Source: Nanobdellota archaeon (GTDB lineage Archaea; Nanobdellota; Nanobdellia; Woesearchaeales; JAHWHD01). From it: a stretch of DNA of 42,254 bases. Both the position numbers and the translations under genes were made by a program. The notes under the pieces were generated by a model. The model saw only the letters and a list, made by a program, of their open reading frames with translations, had not been told where the DNA came from and did no database searches. Within the stretch, counting starts at the first letter, position 1. Every line of letters begins with the position of its first letter. Positions 16,549-26,050 of this stretch are shown here, in pieces. The DNA lies in the NCBI GenBank assembly GCA_034722435.1, contig JAYENX010000021.1:1-42254 (forward strand), given 5' to 3'.

Positions 16549-18756
16549 TTATTCTGTTATCATTTTAAAAATTTGTTTATCTGTATATCCTTGTTCTCTA
16601 TATTGTTCTATTAAAGGCATAAGAATCTCGTTAAGATATGCTTCAACGTCTGCACTTTTACCCATTCCTAAAAACCCTCCTTTAGTAAATCCCTGTTCTT
16701 TAGCTGATTCTTTTAATGAATCTTCCCCAAAAGAATCTAAAAGATATTCTTTTGTTAAGAAATCTTGTTTCCCTTCTTTTGGAAACCCAGCTTCATCTAG
16801 CATATCATCTATTGATGTAGCGCTTAATTTCGTTCTTTCGTCTAAAAATGCGTATAATTCAGTACGACTATAATCTCCTATCTCCCGTAATCTTTTTATT
16901 CCTTTTACACTAGAGATATTAATCACTTCTCCTGTCGATTTAATCGTAAAATTAGTAGTCATCAATCCATCTTCTGTAATTTCAGTATTTATACCACTAC
17001 CTGGAATCCTAGATGTCCCTCTTGCAATAGTTTCTACTGACATAGAACCATCAGGGTCAACCATTAGAACATCGAAGTATGTCATCCCTGAGGCATCTGT
17101 CCGGGAATTAGTAGTTTTAATAGTAGCACCGGGATTCTCGGTCATAAGTTTTTCTGTAAAGCCAGTGAATAATCCAGCTTGAACTTCCATTTGGTTGATC
17201 TTTAGTTTCTGATCGCTTGTTAGTCCGGCATAGTCTAGGTTTCCAGAAACAATAGCATTTTGTACTACTGTTAGATTAGCCCTAGCAGTAGTTTTTGCTC
17301 GTTCAGCGATGTCCATTGCTTGGGCCTCTTCGCCTTTTAAGATGTTATATAGAGTTAGAGCGTTATTAAAATTATCTTTATAATAATTGGATGCGTTTTG
17401 AAAGTCTTGCTGAGTAGTATTCATTACCATTTCAAGAGAAGTATATTTATTATTCAGTTCTCTTGAGATAGCACTTTTTTGAATATTTAAAAAAGCTATT
17501 TCTCTTTCAGCTGTTTTTTGTAGTGCGCCTTTTTCTCTTTGTATTTCTCTAAGAGAAACCCTTGATCCTTCCGCTACATCTGATTCAACTAGATAAGCGG
17601 TTTGCATTTGTTCTATTTGAGAGTCAACGTTAGCGAGATCTGATTCTAATACGTCTATTCCAAGATCAGCTTTTTGTGAGGCCAGTAAATCAGTCATGCT
17701 TACTGGTTTTTTAGTATCATCTCCTCCGCTTAGATAGCTTTTTATCTTATCTGTTAGTCCTTTTAAAGCGCTTGAGAAGTCGCTAGTGCCGACACCGGTA
17801 TCGTTTATGCTATCAAAAATACCTTGTGCATTATTATTGATTGCATCAACAGCAGTATTAAGAGTATCCTCTATATTATCCTGATCTGCTTGGCCTGGTT
17901 CTCCTAGGTTAAAATCCCCTCTTTCTTCTAAATATTCAATTCCAGTAGGTTTAGCCATTAGCTTTTTATCCTGTCCAACCCATTCGTTCATCCATTCTGT
18001 GTGGGGAACGTAGCGCGCTTTACCATCTTCAATAGAATAAATATCTTTACCTTCATAGAAATATTGACGTGGTCCGGTTGTTTCAGTATCCTTAGTTCCC
18101 TGTTGAGCGATATTAATCCCTGGGTATTCTTTCTGGCCGTATTGACTCCACCAGTCTTGGAGTGTTGGAATACCTTTTACTTTAGGATCATTAGGGTTAA
18201 TAGCTTGGCCTTGTTCGTTATATAGACCAGCTAGATCAGATCTCTGGCCTCTTATCTTAGCTAATTGAGGATCTAGACCGCCGGGCATTCCAAAAGGCTG
18301 TCCTCGTTCTTGTCGTTGTTGGACTATTTGATTAAATTTACTTTCTAATCCAGCAGATTGAGTATAAGATTTTTGTCCAGTAATATAAGAAACCTTATCT
18401 TCAGTAGATAAAGATTTGAAATTAGGCATTTGTTGGTTTAACCATGTAGCATAAGATCCTAACTGACGTGTGTCTGCGTGGCTTGTATATCCTCCACCCC
18501 CACCAGCTCTATCTGTTACTGGATTTTGCCAATCATATCGTTGACCAAAAGCAGACATCATCGGGGTTAAGAGTTTATCCATTTCTTGAGTTTGCGCGAC
18601 TGCTTCTTTTGTCATTCCCATTCCTTGTCCGGGATAATTTATGCCAAGCTGATTTTTAAGGAAATCAGATTTAACAGCGGATGTCATACTTGAATAACCA
18701 CCCCTGTGTGCTTGCTTATTTTGTTTCTGCCATTCGGCAAACGATAAATTAGTCAT
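16549..18756 (-). CDS. internal virion / ejection protein
   Basis: 735 aa, Gln/Gly-rich N-terminus and long coiled coil; lies between the tail genes and the large ejection gene. Confidence 0.65.
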   Translation of the reverse strand: MTNLSFAEWQKQNKQAHRGGYSSMTSAVKSDFLKNQLGINYPGQGMGMTKEAVAQTQEMDKLLTPMMSAFGQRYDWQNPVTDRAGGGGGYTSHADTRQLGSYATWLNQQMPNFKSLSTEDKVSYITGQKSYTQSAGLESKFNQIVQQRQERGQPFGMPGGLDPQLAKIRGQRSDLAGLYNEQGQAINPNDPKVKGIPTLQDWWSQYGQKEYPGINIAQQGTKDTETTGPRQYFYEGKDIYSIEDGKARYVPHTEWMNEWVGQDKKLMAKPTGIEYLEERGDFNLGEPGQADQDNIEDTLNTAVDAINNNAQGIFDSINDTGVGTSDFSSALKGLTDKIKSYLSGGDDTKKPVSMTDLLASQKADLGIDVLESDLANVDSQIEQMQTAYLVESDVAEGSRVSLREIQREKGALQKTAEREIAFLNIQKSAISRELNNKYTSLEMVMNTTQQDFQNASNYYKDNFNNALTLYNILKGEEAQAMDIAERAKTTARANLTVVQNAIVSGNLDYAGLTSDQKLKINQMEVQAGLFTGFTEKLMTENPGATIKTTNSRTDASGMTYFDVLMVDPDGSMSVETIARGTSRIPGSGINTEITEDGLMTTNFTIKSTGEVINISSVKGIKRLREIGDYSRTELYAFLDERTKLSATSIDDMLDEAGFPKEGKQDFLTKEYLLDSFGEDSLKESAKEQGFTKGGFLGMGKSADVEAYLNEILMPLIEQYREQGYTDKQIFKMITE

Positions 18757-18766
18757 AAATTATAAA

Positions 18767-18952
18767 TTATTTAATTATTTTATTTTTCTTTAGATCTTCC
18801 TTTGTCATATAAATCTGTTTTACTCTCCCAGCTTTAACTACTCCAAATCCACCTTTATATGGAATAATAAATTCGTTCTCTTTTTTGTCTTTAGAAAATT
18901 CAAATACTTCTTGTGTTGTTTTGAGTTCTTTTTTTGTTTTTAAGAGTTTCAT
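18767..18952 (-). CDS. hypothetical protein
   Basis: 61-aa ORF, tightly packed. Confidence 0.65.
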   Translation of the reverse strand: MKLLKTKKELKTTQEVFEFSKDKKENEFIIPYKGGFGVVKAGRVKQIYMTKEDLKKNKIIK

Positions 18953-18953
18953 T

Positions 18954-19217
18954 TTATTTATTTAATTTTTTTAAAATCTTTTTTAGGTGTGCGTCTTGGA
19001 CTTGTTCTATATCGTCTTTTAATATCTGTTTTTCTTCTTTTGGTTTTTCTATTACAAGTTTCCCATTAACAACCTTGCGGATATTATCGTTATCTTTTAG
19101 TTCTTCTTTTTCTTCTGTAGTTAGAGTTTTGGAAATATAATTTAATTTTGAAGCTGAGATTTTAGTTTCAGAATACATTCTAATTAAATTGTCTGTTTTT
19201 TTATAATATATATACAT
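18954..19217 (-). CDS. hypothetical protein, possible fibre chaperone
   Basis: 87 aa, abuts the tail fibre stop codon; function assigned by position only. Confidence 0.6.
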   Translation of the reverse strand: MYIYYKKTDNLIRMYSETKISASKLNYISKTLTTEEKEELKDNDNIRKVVNGKLVIEKPKEEKQILKDDIEQVQDAHLKKILKKLNK

Positions 19218-21043
19218 TATGCTTTTTTAAGTTTATAGATTTTACCTGTAACACCTGCTGTGCCATTAACTCCATTCTCATTAGTTGCTCCATATTTTGT
19301 TCCACCAGTTCCGCCAGTTCCACCATTTACCTGAACTGTCCCTAGTGTAATTGTTTCGTAAATCAGGATAATTGCTCCACCTGAACCACCAGCTCCACCA
19401 CCACCCCCTGAACCCCATTGTGCGGAATACCCATCTCCACCATTTCCACCATTTCCGCCATTTGCTCTGATCGTTCCATTATTAATAAGAATTGCAGCAG
19501 AGATAAACATACATCCACCAGTCGCTCCAGCTCCTCCTCCACCTCCGCCTGAGCCACTAGGACCTGTTGCATATCCTCCTCCACCTCCGCCTGAACCAGC
19601 AGAAGTTGAACAAGTTTCTTCGCTTGTTCTGCCCTGTGGTATTGGGGTTTCCCATATTCCTGAGACTGAAACGGTATCTTCAGAACCTGCTGTTAAGTCG
19701 TCAGATAATTCTAATATTTTGTATAAAAGTTTTTCTGCAGTCGCAGAGCCTGCTGCTCCACCTGCTTTACCAGATCCTCCAGGAGTTTGGTCTCCACCCT
19801 TTCCACCTGCTGAACCATTAGAACCAATAGAAGGGTTCTCAGCTGTTCCTACTACTCCTGCAGCTCCACCTGCCCCAGTATGAACACCGTCTCCACCTGA
19901 ACTACCTGCTCTCGAACCACGAATTGTACCATTACTAACTGCTGTTCCGCCAGCACCGCCTGTGTTTCCTGCTCCACCAGCTAATCCATTACTCCCAGCA
20001 TTACCAGTAAAGTCTATTATTCCGTTATTAGTTATAGTGCCTTTTGCGAATATTTTATATCCTTTCGTATATAAAATCTTACCACTATCAATAGTTAGAT
20101 TATTATAATACATATCAGCTGTAAGGTTTGTATTTGCTGAGATAGTGACATTTCCGTCTATCCCATTTCCAAATCCTATAAATGTAGTTGATACTCTAGC
20201 GTTTACATTTGTAGTGTTTAATGCGGTATTACTAGCTGTCACATCAGCATTATCGTCTGGTTTATTTGCTCCAGTGATTAATGCCCAACTGGCCGCTAAA
20301 TCTTGAGCGCTAACCCAAGCTGATCCTGACCATCTATAAACTTTATTCTCGTCGTCAGAGTCATACCAAATGTCTCCTGTTTGTTCAGCAGTAGGTGCGG
20401 CCGCTTGGATAAAAGTAATAATCTTTCTATCTGCTTCCGCTTGAGCTGTGGCAGCGTCAGCAATTCCTGTAGTAGCATCTGCTTGTGCAGCAGCTGCGTC
20501 AGATAAGGCTTGACCGATTTGGGTATCCTGGATATCCACCCAAGCTGAGCCAGACCAACGATAAGTTCTGTATCCATCATCACTATCCATCCAGAGATCA
20601 CCAGTTCCTTCTGCGGTTGGTGCAGTTGTTTGGATAAAGGTAACAATTTTTCCATCGGCTGTGGCTTGAGCTGTGGCAGCGTCAGCAATCGCTTGAGCGA
20701 TGTCAGTATCCCTAACATCAACCCATGCTGAACCACTCCAACAATAAGTTTTATTTCCGTCGTCGGTATCAAACCAGAGATCACCAGTTTCAGAAGCAGT
20801 AGGTGCAGTTGCTTGACGAAATATTTTATTATAAGTTCCGGCAATAATTGATTGGAATTCGGCTGAGCCTGTAATTGGTTTTAATAGTATCCCGGATGTA
20901 CCTGAAACGTAGTTCTTGGATTTCATGTAGTCATATCCAACGAGCCATCCTAATCTGTTTAAAAGAGCAACTATAGACGGATAAGCGTTGCTATCCTGTG
21001 TTGCCTCAGAATAATCAAAGGGTTGTCTTTCTAAAATAGGCAT
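19217..21043 (-). CDS. tail fibre-like protein with three internal repeats and a glycine-rich C-terminal domain
   Basis: Three copies of Q.TAPTA..TGD(L/I)W.D.DD....Y.WSGSAWV with Ala-rich helical spacers. The C-terminal half is GG-rich (GGNGGNGGDG, GGGGGAGG). Confidence 0.8.
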   Translation of the reverse strand: MPILERQPFDYSEATQDSNAYPSIVALLNRLGWLVGYDYMKSKNYVSGTSGILLKPITGSAEFQSIIAGTYNKIFRQATAPTASETGDLWFDTDDGNKTYCWSGSAWVDVRDTDIAQAIADAATAQATADGKIVTFIQTTAPTAEGTGDLWMDSDDGYRTYRWSGSAWVDIQDTQIGQALSDAAAAQADATTGIADAATAQAEADRKIITFIQAAAPTAEQTGDIWYDSDDENKVYRWSGSAWVSAQDLAASWALITGANKPDDNADVTASNTALNTTNVNARVSTTFIGFGNGIDGNVTISANTNLTADMYYNNLTIDSGKILYTKGYKIFAKGTITNNGIIDFTGNAGSNGLAGGAGNTGGAGGTAVSNGTIRGSRAGSSGGDGVHTGAGGAAGVVGTAENPSIGSNGSAGGKGGDQTPGGSGKAGGAAGSATAEKLLYKILELSDDLTAGSEDTVSVSGIWETPIPQGRTSEETCSTSAGSGGGGGGYATGPSGSGGGGGGAGATGGCMFISAAILINNGTIRANGGNGGNGGDGYSAQWGSGGGGGAGGSGGAIILIYETITLGTVQVNGGTGGTGGTKYGATNENGVNGTAGVTGKIYKLKKA

Positions 21044-22503
21044 TATTCTAATTTATATAAAATTGATTCAACTTCAGGTGCGTTGTTTACTTTAACTGTA
21101 AATTCTATTTTTAATTGAAGTGCCATGACTTCTGCTATTGAATTACTGTCTAATCTGAGTTGATTTCTGTCGGTGTCGTCAACAGTAGTTAGATAACTAG
21201 TAGAATAAGCAGCGTCGTGTTTTGATTTGTATTTAAATTTAACATTGCAATCTGCCGGAAGTGAAACATAGTTTGCTATCAGTTCAGATAGTGTTTTTTT
21301 GTTTACTCTTTCAGCGCCTTCGCTTAAGATCATCGTTTCCATATAGGCACTGGTATATTTATTTGAATAATCAATACGATCAAGGCCGTAGGTTGAGCCG
21401 TCCTGCCATGCAACTAGGATATAGTTACCTTTAACCAATATTCCTCCAATCTTGATGTTCCCGGTAGTATTCCCAGTTGATATTGGAAAGGATAAATCTA
21501 ATACATCCTGATAATCTCGAGAATAAGAACCAAGAGAATATACTCCCAGAAGTAGTGGTTCGTTGGATGCTGGTGTGTCAGAAATGTTGGAAACTCCAAT
21601 TACAGGGACACCTTTGAACATGGCTGATGAATGAGGATAAATAACTGCTTTCTTCTCGTGATCCCAATCTCCTGGCATTCTTGAATGTCTAACAGCTTTT
21701 GAGCCGTTATAGAAAAAGATCCGGCCAGTATCACCGGCCTGTAGGAATAGATCGTTATCTCGTCTTATAAAAGAATTGACTCCATTTTCAGGTATTTCAT
21801 CCTCAGATGTCCAACTAGAGCCAACTGTATCGAATCTAATGACTTTACAACGACTAACTTTGTCGTTTATTTTGGTTCCAATTACTACATCGATATCATA
21901 TCTATCGAGAGCAGTTATAATATATTCAGCATCTAGATCGAGTTTGTTTGCAGTAAATACATGGCCACTATCGTCTTCTACCATAGCTAATAGGTTTCCG
22001 TCACCAATAAAAAGTTTTTTAGAAACTACAGTCATTAGATGATAAGAAGTATTGGCATTAGTAAAGGTGGCCCAATCTTCGGTTACTCCTCCTGTCCAAT
22101 CGCTTAGATCAGTAATTGTCTTTCTGTGTAATCTTGCGGATGTAGCCCAGTAGATATAGCCATCATATTCAAATGCTCCTAAACAACCAGCATTTCCAGC
22201 GGCAGGAGTCGTTGTATGGACCAGGGTGACACTCCCAGAGTCCTCCCGCCATATCTTACCAGTTGTCTCTGAAAACCACAGTGTAGAGCCGTCTGAAGCC
22301 CCTATTCTAACTTTACAGAAAGAATCTATAGTCGTTGAACTGATTTTAGCGAGTTTTTGCTGTATTTTAAGAATTCCGGGTGTTGAATGAGCATCTATAC
22401 CAACAGATCGATAAAAACTGCCCTCATACCCAGACCATTTACTATTTGATAATCCTCCGAAAATTCCGGAAAAAATATTTTTGAATAGTTCCTTGTTTGC
22501 CAT
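21043..22503 (-). CDS. tail nozzle / tubular protein B-like (beta-propeller)
   Basis: 486-aa beta-rich protein directly after the adaptor, in typical podovirus order. Confidence 0.6.
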   Translation of the reverse strand: MANKELFKNIFSGIFGGLSNSKWSGYEGSFYRSVGIDAHSTPGILKIQQKLAKISSTTIDSFCKVRIGASDGSTLWFSETTGKIWREDSGSVTLVHTTTPAAGNAGCLGAFEYDGYIYWATSARLHRKTITDLSDWTGGVTEDWATFTNANTSYHLMTVVSKKLFIGDGNLLAMVEDDSGHVFTANKLDLDAEYIITALDRYDIDVVIGTKINDKVSRCKVIRFDTVGSSWTSEDEIPENGVNSFIRRDNDLFLQAGDTGRIFFYNGSKAVRHSRMPGDWDHEKKAVIYPHSSAMFKGVPVIGVSNISDTPASNEPLLLGVYSLGSYSRDYQDVLDLSFPISTGNTTGNIKIGGILVKGNYILVAWQDGSTYGLDRIDYSNKYTSAYMETMILSEGAERVNKKTLSELIANYVSLPADCNVKFKYKSKHDAAYSTSYLTTVDDTDRNQLRLDSNSIAEVMALQLKIEFTVKVNNAPEVESILYKLE

Positions 22504-22508
22504 AGTTT

Positions 22509-23222
22509 CTAATAATCATATCCATAATCGCCATGACTAGCCATGCTAGGCGTAGAGGCAATAATAGATTGAGCCTGACTTGAGGTTATAAAATTATTTA
22601 TAGCTTTTAATAGATCCTTTTCGTATCTCATCTCTAATGGACTCAATTTTTTTTCTTTATTATCTTTATATTCTATTGATACTCTGCGTGCTAGTAATTC
22701 GTGGAATGTTTTAGGTAATCCTGGGTTCTTAGCATCAGACCAAGCGGATAGATCAGCTCCTCCCAAGCTGGACCAATCTGTAGGGAATGCTTGGAATACA
22801 AATTTAAGACAATCTGTTTGATCTGTAATTGTGCCGGAAAGGATATAAATTCTATTTCCTTTTTGGAAGTATCTAGCATCATCATCATTGGAATAATCAG
22901 CAGTGATTTCAGATTCAACTAATTGGACACTAAGATCTTTAATTTGGATTGGTTTGATAACGTACCAATCAGTACCATTAAAAGAAACTTCAATTCTTAC
23001 TAATTGATTCATCGTTCCACCTTTTATTTCGTACTCCCTAACATCATCTGATAAATCTGCGGTATCACTTATTATAAAAGCTGATGGATTTTTTTGAGCA
23101 ATATCTGCAGCAATTTCATCTTTAAAGATATTTGCCATAGTTAAAATCTCGGCATCAGTGAATGTTGTTGAGTTTTGACTCGTCTTTTCTCTGACGAGCG
23201 CTAAAAATTGTGTGCCAGTCAT
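22509..23222 (-). CDS. head-tail adaptor / tail tubular protein A-like
   Basis: 237 aa with helical N- and C-termini and a beta core (LPKTFHELLARRVSIEYK); position fits the podovirus adaptor. Confidence 0.65.
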   Translation of the reverse strand: MTGTQFLALVREKTSQNSTTFTDAEILTMANIFKDEIAADIAQKNPSAFIISDTADLSDDVREYEIKGGTMNQLVRIEVSFNGTDWYVIKPIQIKDLSVQLVESEITADYSNDDDARYFQKGNRIYILSGTITDQTDCLKFVFQAFPTDWSSLGGADLSAWSDAKNPGLPKTFHELLARRVSIEYKDNKEKKLSPLEMRYEKDLLKAINNFITSSQAQSIIASTPSMASHGDYGYDY

Positions 23223-23572
23223 AATTTATTGTTTATTTTAAGTTTCAATAGCTCGTGAATTTGATCTAAAAATTCTTGTCTTGTGATTGGACCTACTGGT
23301 TTTATTTTTAGATGTCCTATCTCTTTATTTACAATCTTATAATAAAGAGTTCTTCTCATTCCTATACCTAGCTTTTTGTTATCTCTATCTTGCACCATAG
23401 CAGTTCTTAGTTTGATATATTCACCCTGGTTAAAGATATTGACACAAAGGTTTCCTTCCTTTGCGCAATTCCAAAACTTTTGATCTTGAGCGTCGTCGTA
23501 TTTAGCTCCTCCGAATATGGCACCTGCACTAATTCCAAGGATAGCTAAAATCTTTCCTATTTTATTTTTCAT
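23219..23572 (-). CDS. hypothetical protein with N-terminal signal peptide or membrane anchor
   Basis: MKNKIGKILAILGISAGAIFGGA: basic N-region followed by a hydrophobic core. Confidence 0.7.
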   Translation of the reverse strand: MKNKIGKILAILGISAGAIFGGAKYDDAQDQKFWNCAKEGNLCVNIFNQGEYIKLRTAMVQDRDNKKLGIGMRRTLYYKIVNKEIGHLKIKPVGPITRQEFLDQIHELLKLKINNKL

Positions 23573-23578
23573 AAAAAG

Positions 23579-23782
23579 TTATTTTAACTGTTCTTTTATT
23601 TCAGTTAGGGCTTCTTTGATCCATCCTATATTTGAGTCATAGTCAGCTTGCTTTAATTCTACTTCTCGGATGTCACTAGCATTTGCTTGGGTAAATCCAA
23701 AGATTATACCTGCTAGACCTAGTAGGAGAGCCATAGATGCCATAAATACCGTCCATTTTACATACCCATTTTTATCCTTCAT
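23579..23782 (-). CDS. single-TM plus coiled-coil protein (holin/antiholin-like)
   Basis: Likely start MKDKNG at 23782. TM segment WTVFMASMALLLGLAGIIFGF followed by a coiled coil. Confidence 0.55.
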   Translation of the reverse strand: MKDKNGYVKWTVFMASMALLLGLAGIIFGFTQANASDIREVELKQADYDSNIGWIKEALTEIKEQLK

Positions 23783-23984
23783 TTTTTTTGTCTGTAATCC
23801 ATTTTCTGGCAAGATTAATTAAAACACTATTTAGAGCGACTACGACTGGAGTTGCTCCTCCAAAATTGATCTGTGGTATCATTTCTTGTAGGTAGGTTAA
23901 TATAACACCACCGATTGCGAGTCCAAGACCAGTTAAAAGTTTAATCAAGTCTTGTCTGTTGAGTGTAAATTTCTTTGATTGCAT
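23772..23984 (-). CDS. putative holin
   Basis: 70 aa, two TM segments and a charged C-terminus (ARKWITDKKNEG). Confidence 0.6.
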   Translation of the reverse strand: MQSKKFTLNRQDLIKLLTGLGLAIGGVILTYLQEMIPQINFGGATPVVVALNSVLINLARKWITDKKNEG

Positions 23985-24006
23985 AAAATTATATTAGTTA
24001 ATTAAA

Positions 24007-26034
24007 TTATTTAGGTACTGCGACTGATGTATATTGTAATGCCCACGCTTGAACTATTGCATCGCCAGAATAAGTATCAGTAGATACGTCTCTATTGAAT
24101 TTAATGAATAGAGCATCGCCAGCTGTTAATGGTTGATCAACATTGTCGTGATCAATAGTTATGTTTACTAATATCATTTCTTTATCTGTGCTATCCCCTC
24201 CTGATTGTGTATAGGTAGCAGTAGCAGTCTTTTCAGTTCCATTATCTACTGCTTCGCCTTCAGCAATAGAGTTGTATGAAATGTCAAACTTAACTGTTTC
24301 TCCATTGGCGACCGGATCTATTGGTTGCGGGGCAAAACTTGTGATTAATGTCATATCGCTTGTGCCATTCCAATCTTGAGGAATAGGAGTAGCGATAAAG
24401 GCTAATTCAGCATTAGCGTCAAATGCAAGACCACGAGTATTTGTTATTGTATGAAAGGTAGGTGCAGTTGCTCCTACCCTTGCGGCAGTTGCTGGGATTT
24501 TAATTGTTCTAGTGTAAGGATTAAGAACGAGATCACCAGCAAAGGTGGTTGATTGGTCTGAACCAATGGTTATTGCTAGTGCAGGACTTCCTTCGTTATT
24601 GTTTGTATACATTCTAATTTGTCCTTTTTCGTCATCCCCTGTGCCATCGTGAGATCCTTCAATATATGCAAGAGTTGACTCTTCTCCACCAGATTGTTCG
24701 CCTCTAAAGATAATTTGACTTTCTCTTCCGCCGTCAGTGTCTTCGTGAGCTGAATTGTGGAGAGTGGCATAAGGAGTTGCGTGAGTAAGTTCTAAGAGAT
24801 AAGCAGGAGATGCTTCGCCAATCCCAACTTGTTGAGAACTATTAATAGTCATAGCAGTAGTTCCATTTGTTTTTAATGCTATCTGATTATCTGTTGCAAA
24901 GGTAATAGTGTTGTCAGTGTCTCTGCCTAAATAATGAGCTCCCAATGTAAGATCTCCTGAAGTGGTTATTGCTCCAACTCCAAGAGTGCCTATACCTGCT
25001 AGATTAAGTGTGGCAGATGATCGGTTTAGTGCTATTCCAGTTGTGCCAATGTATAAGGTTTCGTTTATGGCTGGAACATTTGTCCCAATAACTAATCCAA
25101 GAGTAGTTCTTTGTGCGGAAGTGCTTGCGTCGTCTAAGAGAGCCTTGCCTGTAGAAGTTAAGTCATAAACACCTGCTGTACCTGAACCAGTGAATTGAAT
25201 GCCTTTATCTGCGGCTGAAGTTAATCCAGCGATCGCTGTTAAGTCAGTATCTAAAGGTTGATAGGTTGCAGATATGTCAGGAATGTCGCCAGCAACTAAA
25301 GCCTCCCAGGATGGCGCACCTGAACTAACTTGTCTTAGGAATTTGTTTGTTGCTGTAGAATTAACTCCCAGCATAGAAAAAGCGTCTGCGCCAGTGCCAT
25401 AGATTAGTTCGTTAGCACCGATTGTGAGCCCTGCAAGAGCTGTGAGCGTTGCGTCTAATCCTTGATAAGTAGATCCTAGTGCTGTGCCATTGAGAGATAA
25501 TACGCCAGCGTAGTCTAAAGCAAATTTTTCTGAACCATTAACGCTTAATTGCATTAAATCTCCTGAAGTGTTTTGAAAGTCAGCATCTATTCCAGTAGCT
25601 GAAGTTGCTTCAGAGTCAATATCAATAGACTTAAAGTTAAAGTCTTGATCGATCGTGACAGCAGTTGAAGTGGCTGATGATGGCTTAAAAGATATTGGGA
25701 CAAGTGCCTCAATATCGTTGTTTACAGTGTCAACGATGAAATGATCGCCTGCATCGCCGTCTGCTCTAACTAAGAGGGCTTCAGCGTCATCTACGTCAAT
25801 AAGGACTTTGCCTTCTACTACAGTTCCAACCTCAAAGGTTTCAGCATAAATGTCATCTGCCCGTATTTGGTATTGAGTACCTGACTGATTGTCTACTGGG
25901 TAGATGTATGCATCGTTAGTGGATTTTCTAAAATAACCACTAAAAGTTCTGCGTGCTATACCTGTTTTAAGTGGAATAAGTATTAGTCCTGCGACTATGA
26001 TACTTAATCCTGCGATTGTTAAAAGTTTCTTCAT
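24007..26034 (-). CDS. fibre/adhesin-like protein with N-terminal signal peptide
   Basis: MKKLLTIAGLSIIVAGLILIPL leader. Fibre-type repeats YQGLDATLTALAGL and YQPLDTDLTAIAGL, a GIG..SP..LL segment and a beta-sandwich-like C-terminus. Confidence 0.7.
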   Translation of the reverse strand: MKKLLTIAGLSIIVAGLILIPLKTGIARRTFSGYFRKSTNDAYIYPVDNQSGTQYQIRADDIYAETFEVGTVVEGKVLIDVDDAEALLVRADGDAGDHFIVDTVNNDIEALVPISFKPSSATSTAVTIDQDFNFKSIDIDSEATSATGIDADFQNTSGDLMQLSVNGSEKFALDYAGVLSLNGTALGSTYQGLDATLTALAGLTIGANELIYGTGADAFSMLGVNSTATNKFLRQVSSGAPSWEALVAGDIPDISATYQPLDTDLTAIAGLTSAADKGIQFTGSGTAGVYDLTSTGKALLDDASTSAQRTTLGLVIGTNVPAINETLYIGTTGIALNRSSATLNLAGIGTLGVGAITTSGDLTLGAHYLGRDTDNTITFATDNQIALKTNGTTAMTINSSQQVGIGEASPAYLLELTHATPYATLHNSAHEDTDGGRESQIIFRGEQSGGEESTLAYIEGSHDGTGDDEKGQIRMYTNNNEGSPALAITIGSDQSTTFAGDLVLNPYTRTIKIPATAARVGATAPTFHTITNTRGLAFDANAELAFIATPIPQDWNGTSDMTLITSFAPQPIDPVANGETVKFDISYNSIAEGEAVDNGTEKTATATYTQSGGDSTDKEMILVNITIDHDNVDQPLTAGDALFIKFNRDVSTDTYSGDAIVQAWALQYTSVAVPK

Positions 26035-26050
26035 AGATTTTTTTAATTAA

